Positions 36,645 through 50,715 of a stretch of 64,000 nucleotides of DNA are shown piece by piece (positions within the stretch are counted from its first letter, which is position 1; the number at the start of each line of letters is the position of its first letter). The translations under genes and the position numbers were made by a program. Below the pieces are notes generated by a model. It had not been told where the DNA came from, did not search any database, and was given only the letters and a program-made list of their open reading frames with translations. The stretch spans positions 56,544,001 through 56,608,000 of the forward strand of contig NC_042999.1 in the NCBI RefSeq assembly GCF_006345805.1, in the 5' to 3' direction. Source of the stretch: Octopus sinensis. Taxonomy: Eukaryota.

Positions 36645-39600
36645 TTAAACTGTATTCTCCAAGAATTTCTTAAGCATATAATCTGAAGGTGCAAGCATGG
36701 TTGTGTGGCTGAGAAGCTTGCTTCCCAATCAAATTGTCTTCAGTTCAGTTCTACTGCGTGGTTCCTATAGCAAGGCCAACCAAAGTCTTGGGAGTAGATT
36801 TGGTAGAAAGAAAATGTGTGTGAGTGCTCTTGTCTTGACATCACATGATGGTTGTAAAGAAGTGATGTTGTTCTACAGAAAATGTCTGGCCATGGGGAAA
36901 TATTAGTTTACTTGGAAACAGGTGAGGGTTGATGACAGGAAAAGCATCCAACCATAGAAAACCTGCCCCGGAAAATTCCATCAGAACCCATGCAAGAATG
37001 GAAAAGTAGGCAATTAAAATGATGATCTCAAGTCAGCTTTGATTATATCATGTATTAGCTGCCAGTCAAGTGTAACTTGAGTATTATTTGACAAGTGTAA
37101 CTTGAACGTCTCTCAAGTATTGAGTGTCACTCCTGTATTTCTTGAATATTGTTTGTACTCATGTCACTGAATACAAAGCCTGACTTTGTTATTACAGTAA
37201 AAGCAAATACAATAATTGAAATAACTTTGTAGCCACCAACATTGCTGTGTGGTGAACAAGCTCATTTTGCAACTGTGGGGATTTGGGGCGGGTGGATGGG
37301 GGGTCAGTCCCACTCTCTGGCACCTATTTTCTACTATAGCCACAGGCCAACTAAAGCCTTCTGAGTGGATTTGGTAGATGGAAACTGAAAGAAGCCTGTC
37401 ATATATATACATATTATATATAACATATAATATATATATATACACACACACATTTGTGTGTCTGTTTGTTACTCCACCTCTCCTGACATTGGTGTGTTTA
37501 CATCCCATAACTTAGCAAAACAGACCGATAGAATAAGTACTAGGCTTACAAAGAATAAGTCCTGGGGTCAATTTGTTCGTCTAAAAGCAGTGCTCCAGCA
37601 TGGCCACAGTAAACAAGTAAAAGGATAAAAGAATTTAGTCAAATAAATTTGTCCCTATTAAGTTGGTCAGGACTGATGCAAAACCAAAGACAATATTATA
37701 AATCAGCACCGAGAAATAATAGTGACAAGTTGCAGGGATGGCCAAGCGGTAAGACGTTTGCTTCCTAACAACCCCAAGGCTCCAAGTTCAGTGCCCCTGC
37801 ATTGCACCTATGGTGTCTTCAACTATAGCCCTGGGCTGAGTAAAGCCTTGTCAGTGGATTTTGTAGAAAGTCTGTGTGGAAACCTGTCGTATATATATTT
37901 TAAATATATATAAAGGTGAAAAATTGAATATTAATTTGATTAATATCAGTTTCAAACCAGTGGTCAAGCATATAGGAAAATCTGAAGATTCAGAAAATTA
38001 CATTACATACATATAAGAGATGACCACTAAGTGGACATCCATCTGCTAGAAGTCGTCCTCCTATGGTCTTACCACTAAAAAAAGAATGTTCTCAATTTAG
38101 CAAACATCAGAACGTAAGCGAGCAAGACTAATGTCTAGCATAATGGATGTCCACTTAGTGGTCATCCCTCTTTTATGTGTGTGTGTGTGTGTGCGCTGTG
38201 TCCAGATGTTAGATGGGGGTTAAGGTAGGAGGGAAGATGTTGAGGTAGAGTGGGTTCTTGTTGAGGAGCACATTTAGGAGGGAGAGAGAAAGAATGAATG
38301 AATGAATTGGAGGTATCTCCAAGGAGATGATTCTTGGTGATGAGATGTCCAGGGGTCACCTTTCAAGTACAAGGTGAGTAGTAGAGCACAGGGGGCAGTT
38401 CAAGAGTGGATGGGAGAAGAAAGAAAGGAGTGATGAGGGGGAGATGGGGTAGGCAACATCTCTAAAGTTTGAGAAGGGTTGAGTGCTGCTTGAAGTAGCA
38501 GATGATGATACCATGGACAGTGGAAGAGAGATGATGGGTTTGGGTAGAGAGATAGGCAGGTGTAGTGCAAGAGGATACATAATTTGGTGGTCCAGAGGGG
38601 GTGATTGGATGGCCACCGTAACGTGTGGGTGTGGAGAATATGAATGGTTAAAGAACGGCTAACAAGTGAGATGATTCTGGATAACAAGAGAAAATGGCAT
38701 CAGATGGATTAGTTGTGGCTGGGGGAACGTGGCTTAGTGGTTAGAGTATTAGACTCATGATCGTAGGATTGTGGTTTCAATTCCTGGACTGGGTGACATG
38801 TGTTCTTGAGCAAAACACTTCATTTCACATTGCTCCAATGAGTAATCTTGCTACAGACCAGTGTACCGTCCAGGGGGGGGGGTATACGCCATTGAAACCG
38901 ACCTTTATGAGCCTGGCATAGCTTGGGAAGGAAACATTTATTATTTATTACTTATATAAACAAAAGCATGTATGTGTGGGTGAGTGTCAGAGACATTCTG
39001 TGAAAACATGTGAAGCCATAGGGAAATGTTACCTTGCTTGGAAACAAGTGAAAATTGGTGACAGGAAAGGCATCCGGCCATAGAAATTGTGTCTAATACA
39101 TACAACCATGGAAAAGTGGATGTTAAATGATGATGAATCTATATAATGTATGTGTGTCCATTTTTGTATCTGCTTTTCCATGCCAGCACAAATAACATTA
39201 CTGTGGCATTGTTAGAAACAAGATGTAATTGATAAAACCTTAGTTGTTTCAACCAAACTGAAATAGTAGCCAAGCACAAACATTAAGAACTTTATAGAGA
39301 GGAACAGGAAGATTACAGATTGTCTGAGAAAGAAAATTAAATTAAATGAATGCATAAAATTTATAGGATGTATTTCATTCCGTTAGACTCTAATTTCTGG
39401 TAAGACAGTTCTCTCCCTTGTAACAGACATGAACAACCAATGATCCAACAGTTTACATGTGTTCTGTATGTGTATGCATGCGTGTGTGCACATGTATGCC
39501 TTGTGAGTGAATTTGGTTTAGCAAAACTGCAGGAGGCTTTTGTGTGTGTGCGTGCGTGTGTGCATGCAGATGTGCTTCAGTGTTGGCATCTTGCTCATCT

Positions 39601-40099
39601 TGGGATGAGCAGAATAGTCATATAGTGTTTACATTCCTTACTGACATAATGATCAGTAATGCTGTGCTTTCAAAGAACTAAAAAGCCCAGTATTTGAAAA
39701 ACAGGTACGGGTCTGCAACAAGAGGGGCATCTAGCTCCAAAATCCTGTTGTAAATATGTCACCATCCAACCCATGCTAGCATGGAAAAACATTAAACAAA
39801 TGAGTGAATATATTTTTCCATCTCTCCCCATTCGCTGTCATCCATGCCTCTTGCATCCCCTCTTCTGTTACCCATCTCTCAGTCTCTTCCTCTACTGAGT
39901 CCCAAGTGAAACTAAAGTTGGCAGCCACCTCTTCTATCCGTCATAAATTGCTTCCAGTGTAACTAAGGATGTCACAGTATTTGTCTGACTCTTTCACCTA
40001 TACTTATTTGAGGCATTCACAGGAACAGGACCGATCTTTCGTTTTCCCTACAACCACCCTCAAGACTCAGCCATCTTGAAACATATTCATATACACACA

Positions 40100-40600
40100 T
40101 TCATACAAAGGTTTGATAAGAAAATAAAAAAAGGGATCAGGGCTGGTTCTATGAAAAGAAAACTACAACACAATTCAATTTGACATTTAATCTCCTTCGA
40201 AGTAGTTCCCCTTCTGAAGACACACACTTTATCCAGTGTTGTTTCCATCGATGGGAACATTCCTAGAACTCCTTTTTAGGGACAGAAAGCCAGATGCCTC
40301 ATTGCATTCTCTTGAATTTCCTCGATGTCTTGAAATCATGTTGGGGTCTTGCACTGTGAAGGCTAGGGCTTGGTGTCAGGGTCATAGCCACGATTTGTCG
40401 CCTGTCATGACTGTTTTCAAAAAGCTTTCATCTTCCTCAACAGTCAAAGAGGTCCTGACCACCTGAAACCCGATCTTTTTTTGAGATAACCACACTCTGC
40501 ACACTTTACTTCCAAGCACTGTTATAAGCAATGGAAGTGAGCGAGAATGTTATAAACTTCATGTGTTATTTATGACATTCTGTACCGAGTGGCTTCACTT
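40100..40600 (-). mobile_element. Deleted mariner transposase relic
   Basis: Minus strand ESFLKTVMTGDKSW..YDPDTK (first catalytic Asp region) and W.QHW.K 3' region. Confidence 0.8.
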
Positions 40601-42660
40601 TGCATAGTTTAGCTCAGTTACCATAGCAACAATCCTGATACATTTTGATCAGACCTTTGTGTATGTATGTATATATATATACACACACACAAGGCGTTAG
40701 GAAGGGCATCCAGCTGTAGAAACTCTGCCAGATCAAGATTGGAGCCTGGTGCAGCCATCTGGTTCGCCAGCCCTCAGTCAAAATCGTCCAACCCATGCTA
40801 GCATGGAAAGCGGGCTTTAAATGATGATGATGATATATATATATATATAGGATGTTACATTACTGGTGTTTGATCATGCAGCTCCTCTTCCACACATCTT
40901 GAGTGTGTGTCATTGCTCCATCTCTTGGGTCACGTTACCTTCTCTTGTTACCCTTTCACCCCTTTGTCATGATACCCCCATTAAACATATTTATCTCAAA
41001 ATACTAGATAATCCCATCCCAACCACCATTACTATCATTCCTATCTTACATTCTGTAAAAAAGCTGGCAAGCAAACAGAGACACGGAAGGTTGTGAGGTT
41101 CTTTTGGTTATGCTGAGGACGTGGCTACTTCTTTAGTGCTGGTGCCATGAAAAGAAGCAACACCCAGGAGACTGGAAAGTGGTTAGTGATGGTTAGGATT
41201 GTTATCCAGCAACAGAAACATGAGTTAAATGCAGTCTTTCAATGTGTCTAGATGAGCAGTACCTCTGTGTATCAGCTGAGTCCAGCCATGGCAATCCATC
41301 CAACACATGCAAGTAGGAAAGATAATCCAACACGACTGTAAGGACAACGATGTGTGTGTGTGTGTGTGTGTGAGTGTGTGCATACCTGAGAGACTCGAGT
41401 CTATAAAATATAAAAGAGGGACAAGGCAATGATATCGTCAGCTCAAATAAATACATAAAACAAATAAATGAACAAAACAATAGAAAGAAAGAAACAAAAA
41501 AACCCTGTTTTTTTTTTCAATCATTGGATAGCGACTATTATTATTAATAGTTTGTATTGTCATAAGGGGCCTGCTCTATGAGGGGAGGGTCTCTACTAGT
41601 TATCTCCCCTGATATCACAGGATTTGTTTTATATATATATACATACATATAATATATATATATAGGAATGGTTTTACATTAACTTTTAGGCTTGATGAAT
41701 CAAATGGAAAATATATCAGAAGATATTAATTACAATGATAATTAATGATACACAAAACGTTTCCAGTCATGATTTTTTTTTTTGATGTTTTCGTTTTTTG
41801 TTTTTTTTTATCAGAGAAGCAACATTTTTAGTATTGTGTAACATCAGTGCTCACCAGAATTCCAAATTGCTTTGGAATTCTTTCTGAAATTGATGATATT
41901 ACAAAGAACAGGACGTTTCCAAGGAACTGAAGTTAAAATAACGAGCACAGTACATATGTGTATGCGTGTGTGTGTGTGTGTTGAAGAGCAGCAAAGATGG
42001 AGGGAACTTGGTATGAATGCTTGCCTGTCCTGCCTTATTTTATTCCCATTCTGTTGGCAAAATAAGGAATGATTGTTTGTTAGTTTGTGGCCAAAGAACT
42101 AGGGGCGATCAGTACAACATAGGGGTTTTATTTTCAATATTGTCCTCAAAAAAAAACCGGAAACCACCAAACCGTTTTGTTCCATTCCACTGACCAAAGA
42201 AGCAGCAACTACGTCCAAACAACCAACACCGAATGGTAAGCATCTGACCAATATAACTCACCTGCCAGCATCAATCCTGTTTCATTTACTAGGTCGGTTT
42301 GTTTTCTATGACAGCAACAAGACAGGGAAACAAGGGAATGGATAAAAAAACACTATTGGTTGCTTTGTTCAAAATATTTAGTGGAAAAAAAAAACCCAAA
42401 AAATTTGTAGAATTTTTACTCAAAGTTTTGCGAAAGTGTCTTTTGGTAAACTTCTTTAAATTTGTAAAAGAATATTTTGAGATTTTATATATAAGTCATG
42501 TATTCATTGTGCATGAATACATGTGTGTGTCTGTATATATGTGTGCGTATGTGTGTCTACATATATATATATATATATATACACAAACACACATCCATGA
42601 TGCAACTATGTAGGTATGAGTGTGTCTTTGTACATAAATGCATGCCCACACGTGTGTGTC

Positions 42661-42694
<34 letters not shown>

Positions 42695-43695
42695 GATAGA
42701 TACACACACACTCATCTATACATGTAAGTGTGTGTATTTATATAAATTTGAAGCAAGTTACCATAGCAATTACAAAAATGATTCCTTTCCAGTTATTTTT
42801 TTTAGTTCAGCAGCAGACTATTTGTTAAAAAAAAAAACAAAAAAAAAAAAACAATTCCACAGAACCCAGAACTAGTCTACCTCACAAAATGCTTATTGAT
42901 GAAGATGAAGGTTATTGGAAATTGTTCTAAATAGTCTCAGGTGGAGGGGTTGGCTAGGGGGATGGGGTAGTAGGGAGAATTATAGAATTAGAATTAATAA
43001 ATTCCAACATCTTTTTGTTTTGTTTTTTTTTTGTTGTAATTCTAAGAATTCTGAATGTTTATTCCTCCTCTTTCACACTCGACTAAAATAAACCGGCACA
43101 AGAACCCAAATCCTTTCAGTGCCCAATAAAAAGAATTAAAAAAAAAAAAATACAAAAATCATGTGTAAATGATAAAGGGATCTCACATGTTGGAAACATA
43201 AGTGAAGGGTGAAGGAAGTCTCAAATCGTTTTGGGGATGGGAAAGGGTTGTTTTCTTTTATCGATTCTTAATGTTGAGGAATGCTTCACTGTTTGAAGAA
43301 TGTCAAGGAGGAGCTTCAAGAAAAAAACAAACAAAAAAAAAAAACACACACACAAGACTTCGGAGCTAGTCTTCTGCAATGGTGACACCCTTAGTTATAT
43401 TGACAAATAATGGAAGAAAAAAAAAATGAAACCAAACAAACTGCTGGGCCATAGCAGATGTGTTTCTGTGGTGAAAGAAACGGTTGTAAGTACAATGACA
43501 TCAGCACCAGGTGGAGTGGGGTGGTGGACAAAGATGGGCAGAGCTCTTTTATCAACCGGTCAAGTAATTAGAAGTGTGGGAGGAGGTGGGGGGAATCCTG
43601 ACCAACTTTCAGGAATCGATGTAGAACGGGATACTGATACACTGGTAACCATTTAGAGAAAAAGCGATTTTTAAAACAGACATTGGTTCTGTGGA

Positions 43696-43892
43696 TCATA
43701 CAAAGTCATATAAACTGGTGTTGACGGGATTGTTTGATGGATGGCTACTACTTTGGCTTGATGCTGCTGCTGACGATGATGACGATGCTGATGCTGCTGT
43801 TGCTGCTGCTGTTGCCGCTGTTTGTTTGACAATTTTTTTCTTCTTTGTCACTGGTGGTTTCAATGGTTTGGCTGGACCACGCTTCCGAGAAC
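43696..43892 (-). CDS. ATXN7L3: ATXN7L3 terminal coding exon (GSRKRGP...KKKK...poly-Ala/Ser...SLYDFV*)
   Basis: aatttgtag acceptor in phase 1; basic patch and SLYD end resemble the vertebrate SIYDD end; Ala/Ser run encoded by a GCA/TCA triplet repeat. Confidence 0.88.
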
Positions 43893-45372
43893 CTACAAAT
43901 TAAGCGTAGAAATGGTTAATGCCATCTCTTGAGAATATTTCACCAAATTTAAGGAATTCATAAATTGTCAGTTGCACAAGAGACAATGAGAATCAAAATT
44001 ATTATTGGCATATTTTGTTCTTAATATGTTCCAGAAGACTGGAATGCAAAAATACCAATTAATGTTGTGTATAGGCGCAGGAGTGGCTGTGTGGTAAGAA
44101 GCTTGCTTCCCAACCACATGGTTCCAGGTTCAGTCCCACTGTGTGGCACCTTGGGCAAGTGTCTTCTTCTATAGCTTTGGGCCAACCAATGCCTTGTGAG
44201 TAGATTTGGTAGACAGAAACTAAAAGAAGCTGTTGTGTATATATATAAAAGAACACAATCATCATAAAGGAGAGGTTGTTCTGTCATGAACCCCAACAGC
44301 CGTCAGCATATTTATGCCTGAATCTACAAGAATATATTGGGTTCCAATTTTGGCACAAGGCCAGCAATTTAGGGGGAGGGGGTATGCTAATTACAGTGAC
44401 CCCAGTACTCAACTGATACTTTATTCTATTAACACTGAAAGGATGAAAGGCAAAGTCAATCTCAGTGGAATTTGATCACAGACTGTAAAGATTGAGAAAA
44501 TACTGCTAAGCAACTTACCTAGCTTGCTAATAATTCTGCCAGCTCAACGCCTCTTGATCTACCCAGAACCTATTAAGAATGAGGTGGTGAAGCATGACCT
44601 TCAAACATTGGACCTCACAGAGGCAATGATGAAAGACCGAGACCTCTGGAGATATGCTGTGACTGCGAAGACCCAGCAAAGTGAGTTCACAGCTGTCACC
44701 TACAACAGTGTTTACCTTGGCTTGTAGGGTGACATGCTGTGCTTGAGGAGACCTATTGAGTCAAGTACATCAAAATCAAATGGAAATTATAGTTGTGATC
44801 CCGATGCTGGTGGCACATAAAAAAGCACCACCCGAACATGGCCGATGCCAGCACTGCCTTGACTGGCTTTTGTGCCGGTGGCACATAAAAAGCACCAACC
44901 GATCATGGTTGTTTCCAGCCCACTCTGGCTCCTGTGCCGGTGGCATGTGAAAAGCACCCACTACACTCTCAGAGTGGTTGGCATTAGGAAGGGCATCCAG
45001 GTGTAGAAACACTGCCAGATCAGACTGGAGCCTGACGCAGCCTCCTGGCTTCCCAGACCGCAGTCGAACTGTTCAACCCATGCCAGCATGGAAAATGGAC
45101 GTTAAATGACTATGATGATTTAGTAGTACAACAGTTTAGCATTTTTCAAAAGTGTAGTAAGTCCCACATATGACAGTTTTGCATAATAACAACAATAAAA
45201 ATGTACAGAAGAGCAGGTTTGGCTGTGAGGTTAAGAAACTCAATTTGCAACAATGTGGTTCCAGGTTCAGTCCCACTGTGCAACACCTTGGACAAGTGTC
45301 TTCAATTATAGCCCTAGGCCTGTCAATGCCATGTGAGTAAATTTGCTAAAAGGGAACTGTATGGAAGCCTGT

Positions 45373-45404
<32 letters not shown>

Positions 45405-48400
45405 ATGATATTGGTATTGACCAGACTATCTGATGTTATACATCACTGATTACAATGCACTTCATATTGTTTTAGCTTTCAAATGATCCTACCCTACTGG
45501 CTAGGCAAGCAGGCCAACATTTCCTCTGATCAGAAAGCTATTCCATTGCAGGGTTACTCTTTTACAGCTGAGTGGACTGGGGCAGCATGAAATGAAGTGA
45601 CTTGTCCAAGGACACAATGCACCACCCAGTCCAACCCAACATTAAGCAATTGGGAATGTGGCAGCCAAATCACAAGGCCATGTGCCTCAACGTATATTTG
45701 TATGTGTGTGTTGGTTTGGTTATGTCTCCATAACTTAGCAGTCTGGCAAAGCAATCAACAGAATAATTACCAGGGGATGGAGGCATGTGGCTAAGTGGTT
45801 AGGGCTGTTGGATCATAAGATTGTGGTTTCAATTCCTGAACCAGGCAACGTGTTGTGTTCTTGAGCAAGACGCTTCAGTGCACTCAACTGGCAAAAATTA
45901 GTCATCCTACAACAAACTCGTATCCTGTCCTGGTGGGGAATCATGGAAACCGGCAAACCAGCCCTCAGGAGCCTGGCATGGCTCAAGAAGGAAACATTTA
46001 TTTTTATTTATTTTTTATAAGCATTGGGGGTAGAATTCTTTGATTGAACCAGGCAAGGGTAACCCTTCCCCCACCAAAAAAGAAAAAACAGGCTGCATGA
46101 GGCACAACTCCTCATCAGGTGAGTCACACTACCCCAAAAAGAAATTCAAGGTCATTTTTCATTAGGTGTGCCATTCAGCAGGGGCACTGGGCTGCAGTCT
46201 GTCATCTAAGACTGGACTAACCTCTTAAATGACCCGGGCTAGGGTCAAAAGGGTATATCATGGCTTCCTCTGCTAGAAAAGCCAAGAATGTTGCAAAGAA
46301 AGAAACGGAAAAAAGATTTACCATTACTTGAAGATGTTGAATCCACAGGAGAGGTGCTGCACGTTGCCTCCCAATGTAAAGTGTCCCTTAAAGATTGTCC
46401 GTCACCATCTTCATAGCCATCTATGTCAACCTGGACATCATCTGCATCTGGATGACTGAAATTTACAAAACACAATTTTTTTGATGAATACTAGAAACAA
46501 CAGCAAGAGGGAGGTGATACTTGATGTTATATCTGGAGAGATCCAGTCATTTATATTAAAGCAGAGAAATTAAGAAAAACCCTCCAGCTGTGACCAGTTC
46601 ACCTTTTCTGTATATCTAAGCTTACATTACCCAATATAACATTCTTTTTATAAGACATTACTGGATGATTTAAGGGAGAGTTAGTTGCTATTTCTAGCAG
46701 ATTGAGCAAGGATAGCTAAGTTGTTTAATAAGAACCATAGATATTTTGTTTAAATTATGAATAATATAAATAATTGCAGTGTGGAAGGTGTTTATAAGCC
46801 ACTTAAAAATGCACAAAAACCGTTCGATTCACTTCAACATTTAAATTTAATTTGTCAAAATATTTTCGTTGCTTTGAGACTGACCTGTTCACTGACAAAA
46901 TAAATAATAAATATTATTTAATAACAGTTTGACTCAGCTCCATGCAACTTAAGGTTTTGTAGGCTCAAAGAACAAACCCAACTCATCTGGCATCCAGAGA
47001 GAGAGAGAGAGAGAGAGACAGGCCAAGAGACAAAATTCAAGATCACTTATAGAAATGTCAGGCTTCTGTTGAACAACTCAGGTCATGTGGTGCTATTGTT
47101 CTGGAAGTGACATCAGTTCTTTTTTTTTTTGTTCTTAGACCCACTTGGTTAGAGAAGATGTAGGCAGGTAGTTGTCACCACTGTGTCTGGAAGCTGTGGT
47201 ATGATTGAGAAGTCTCCAGATAGAGCAGGATAAGGAAGGGGAGTTTTCTTTATTTCTGCATCTGAAGGAGTGCATATGCTGTGTATACCTTCCCTTGAAG
47301 CCATTGGCTGTCATGCTCATGAAGTGTTTTGTAAAGCCATCAGATGGTGTGAAGGTGGCTCTATAGACCACAGCCCTTGAGAGGGAGGATTCTCCCGGCA
47401 GGCAGTTGATAGGATTTTTGAAGTTGCAGGTCAGGGTGTGTATTGGAGGCTGTGTAGGTGTGTTTATATCTATTGTGGCATGTGATGTCTGAAGAGAAGT
47501 TGTCTAAGCAGGTGTAAATGACTTTGATGTCATGGGTGTACTACAGCTTCCAGACACAGAATCTGCCTCATGTCCTCTTTACTCTCCTCTATATGCCTGG
47601 TGAGCTAAGTTTCACTCTAGGTGTCTACAAAACCTGAAGTTACTGTCATTAAATAATATATGTAACTCCTACCAAACATGTTGAGTACCACTTTCTTTCA
47701 TTTGTCCATTCACTTGTGAAAGTGTGTGTGTGGGGGGGGGCAGGCATGGCTGCATGTTAAAGTAGCATGCATCCCAACCACATGGTTTTGGGTTCAGTCC
47801 CACTGCATGGCACCTTGGGCAAGGGTCTTCTACCGTAGTCTCAGGCCGACCAAATCCTTGCGAGTGGATTTGATAGATGGAAACTGAAATGCACTCAGTG
47901 TGTGTATGTTTGTGTCTGCTTGTCTTGACACTGCACGAAAGTTGTAAATGAGTGTCACTGTCGTACAAGCAGAGTCATCCAGTTCTAATATTCTGTGAAA
48001 AATGTCTGGCTATGGGGAAATATTAACTTGGTTGGAAACAGATGAGTGTTGACAACAGGAAGAGCATCCAGACAAAGAAAATTTGCCTCAATAAACTCAA
48101 CCCAACTCCTGCAAGCATAGAAAAGTGGACATTAAATGATGATGAAGTTAAAACAATGAGGATTGCTGTTTCATGTTCTGACTATCATTGCCAAGAAGTT
48201 CCAGGTACATTGTAGGTTTCTGATGAAATGATATTTACCAAAATATCTCTTCAGAATCAACGGTTAGTGTCAAAGAGTTATTTCATTTTATTGTGAATAC
48301 AGTATTATCTAATTAACACAACAATAATTCCTAACTATTTGATCTGTCTTTCCAAATCCACCCTGGTTATTTCTACCCCTTTTTTTTTATAATGCAAGGA

Positions 48401-50684
48401 CTGTCAGTATAAGACAAATATACCTAGAGTCTGTGGAAGATGTTGATACATCTACTGTTTATATTGACGAGGAGGAGGAGGGAGACATATCTTTATATAT
48501 AAAAGTGAGGTTGTGTGCTGTCTGTCTCCTACGATTTAGATTCCTAACTACTCCCACATTTTGCGGGTATCTTATAGTCGTGATTCATATCGAACCCTTC
48601 TGGCTATTAGCATGAGTCTACGATTTAAAAAAAAATTTACCATCAATTTTCCCCATTTTTAATGCATTTTTGGCATATATAAGGGAAGTAACTCTCTAAA
48701 AATTTATTATTAAATCTCAGAACGTAAAAAGCTACAGTAACACCCCCTACCTTTGTGGTTAGCCATATTGAGATGGCTATTATACTTTACATCTCTAAAA
48801 ATGCTTATATAGTTATTTCCCTTACAAACCCGAGCAACGCCGGGCGATACTGCTAGTATAACATAGAGGACAACTGGAAGTTCCTATGAGATAGCTTACT
48901 GAGGGCCACAGGCCAGATCTGTGGCTGGTACAAAGTCCCAACCAGACCTGGGGTGACATGGCAGTGGAACAGTGAAGTAAACAGGGCCATAAGAGCAAAG
49001 AAACAGGCACAAAAGGACTGGAAGAGTGGAGATAATAGAGAACCAAGTAGCTACAAGAGATGCTAGGCAACAGGTATATTTAGCTAGGGAAGAAGCAGAA
49101 AGGAAGAAATTTGTCAATGTTCTGTGGTGTGAGAACCAGAGGTATGAGGTGCTCCAGATTGCAAGGCAGTGTGGCCACAGAAAATCATGATGTAGGAGAG
49201 AAGAGCATTTGGATGGATGATGGTATGCTTGCACTTCATGACCCTGCAAAGAAAGAAGCATGGGGGTGTCACTATAAAAGACTGCTAAATGGGGAGAAGG
49301 AGAGTCTTCCTAATGTGGACCCAACAGAGAGACCAACTGAGATGAAAGCAGTATGATAGATAAATTAAGGGTATGAAGACAGGAAAAGTCCCTGGCCCAA
49401 CACTGAGATGTTTGAAATATCTGGTGGAGTGGGATAAGGCCTAGTCACCTGTGCATTTAATCAGATTGTCCAGGAAGGGGTCATGCCCAATGACCAGTGT
49501 AGCAGCATCAAAGTCAACTACTACAAAGGTAAACGTGACGTCCTAGAAAAAAATTACAGGGGTATCAAATTGCTGGGCCATGTGATGAAAGCTACAGAAA
49601 GGGCTATAGCGCAATTAATCAAGAAGAGAGTTAACCTTGATGAGATGTAATTTGGAGAAGCGCTACTGATGTTATCTTCTTAAGTAAGGCAACTGCAGGA
49701 GAATATTTAACCAAAAATAAAATGCTGTTGTTGCTGATGATGATAGATATACCTACAGTTTGTATAAGACAGGAAGTATATCTATGTCTTATACAAACAC
49801 TAGGTATATATCTTATGCAGAAACTAGCTATATCTCAGCCTTATACGGACATATCTGCCCTAGAAAACACAAGCTGTGTTTATCTCTTACACAGGTAATG
49901 GCTACATCTTTGTTTTATGGGTCTCTTCATACAAGACAAGCTCCAAGAATCTAACAGAGACACATATGTACTAAAACAAACAATAATGGAGCAGTTGAAA
50001 GATGGTTGCCACAGTAACGATGGTGATGATGAGAACACTGATGGAGAGAAGATGAACATTTAGAGACTCAATGTGTATTGTTTTTCAAAATGTGTGAGAA
50101 ATTGGAGGGAAAATGGCTCTTACTCGTGATCAGCTGTGTGGTCGTCGTTTAAAAGAAACTGTCGAACTGAGCATCTTTGTTCATCGTTGTGCTGAGGGCA
50201 ACGAAAGCTTCGGGTGCACATTTTCTTGGTGTGTTCAGATATCACCCCACAGCACTGAAGTAAAGAAACAACAACAATGATGATGACGATGGTGATGATG
50301 ATGATGATGTGGAAACATTGGAGAAGGAACAAGAAAAAAAAAAGAGAACAGGAGGAAGAGGAGGAGGAGGAAAGAGAAAAGATGAGGAAAAGAAAGAAAG
50401 AATAGTAAAGACTAGGAGTTTGGTTTCTTCCAATTCGTTTTAGTGTGAGGGGACCAGCATGTCAACGACTACAGCCAACATTTCCTTTCTGTGTTGTGAA
50501 AAAGTGACTAAAAGGGGGTTGAGGTAAGATTTGCACTCATAAAACCCTCACCAACAATGACCACCCAAACAGACCCATGGATTGGAGGGTTGTTGTCTGA
50601 ATAGTGCAAAGATATTCACCAGGAATAGGGAACTACCAACAGATGGCGGATATGGTGGAAGTACTGTTACAGAACATGACCCTT

Positions 50685-50715
<31 letters not shown>

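Noticed and set aside
39280-39345. Plus-strand ELYREEQEDYRLSEKEN* as the last exon of a hidden gene
   Set aside because: Weak acceptor and no linking exons found.
41050-41052. Apparent 3-nt microexon on minus (ttttttacag|AAT|gtaaga)
   Set aside because: Could be chance; nothing requires it.
43740-43820. CAG/CAA-rich tract reading as polyQ/H in an alternative frame of an ataxin-7-like gene
   Set aside because: The phase-consistent frame encodes Ala/Ser; the Gln frame is closed by TGA shortly after the acceptor.
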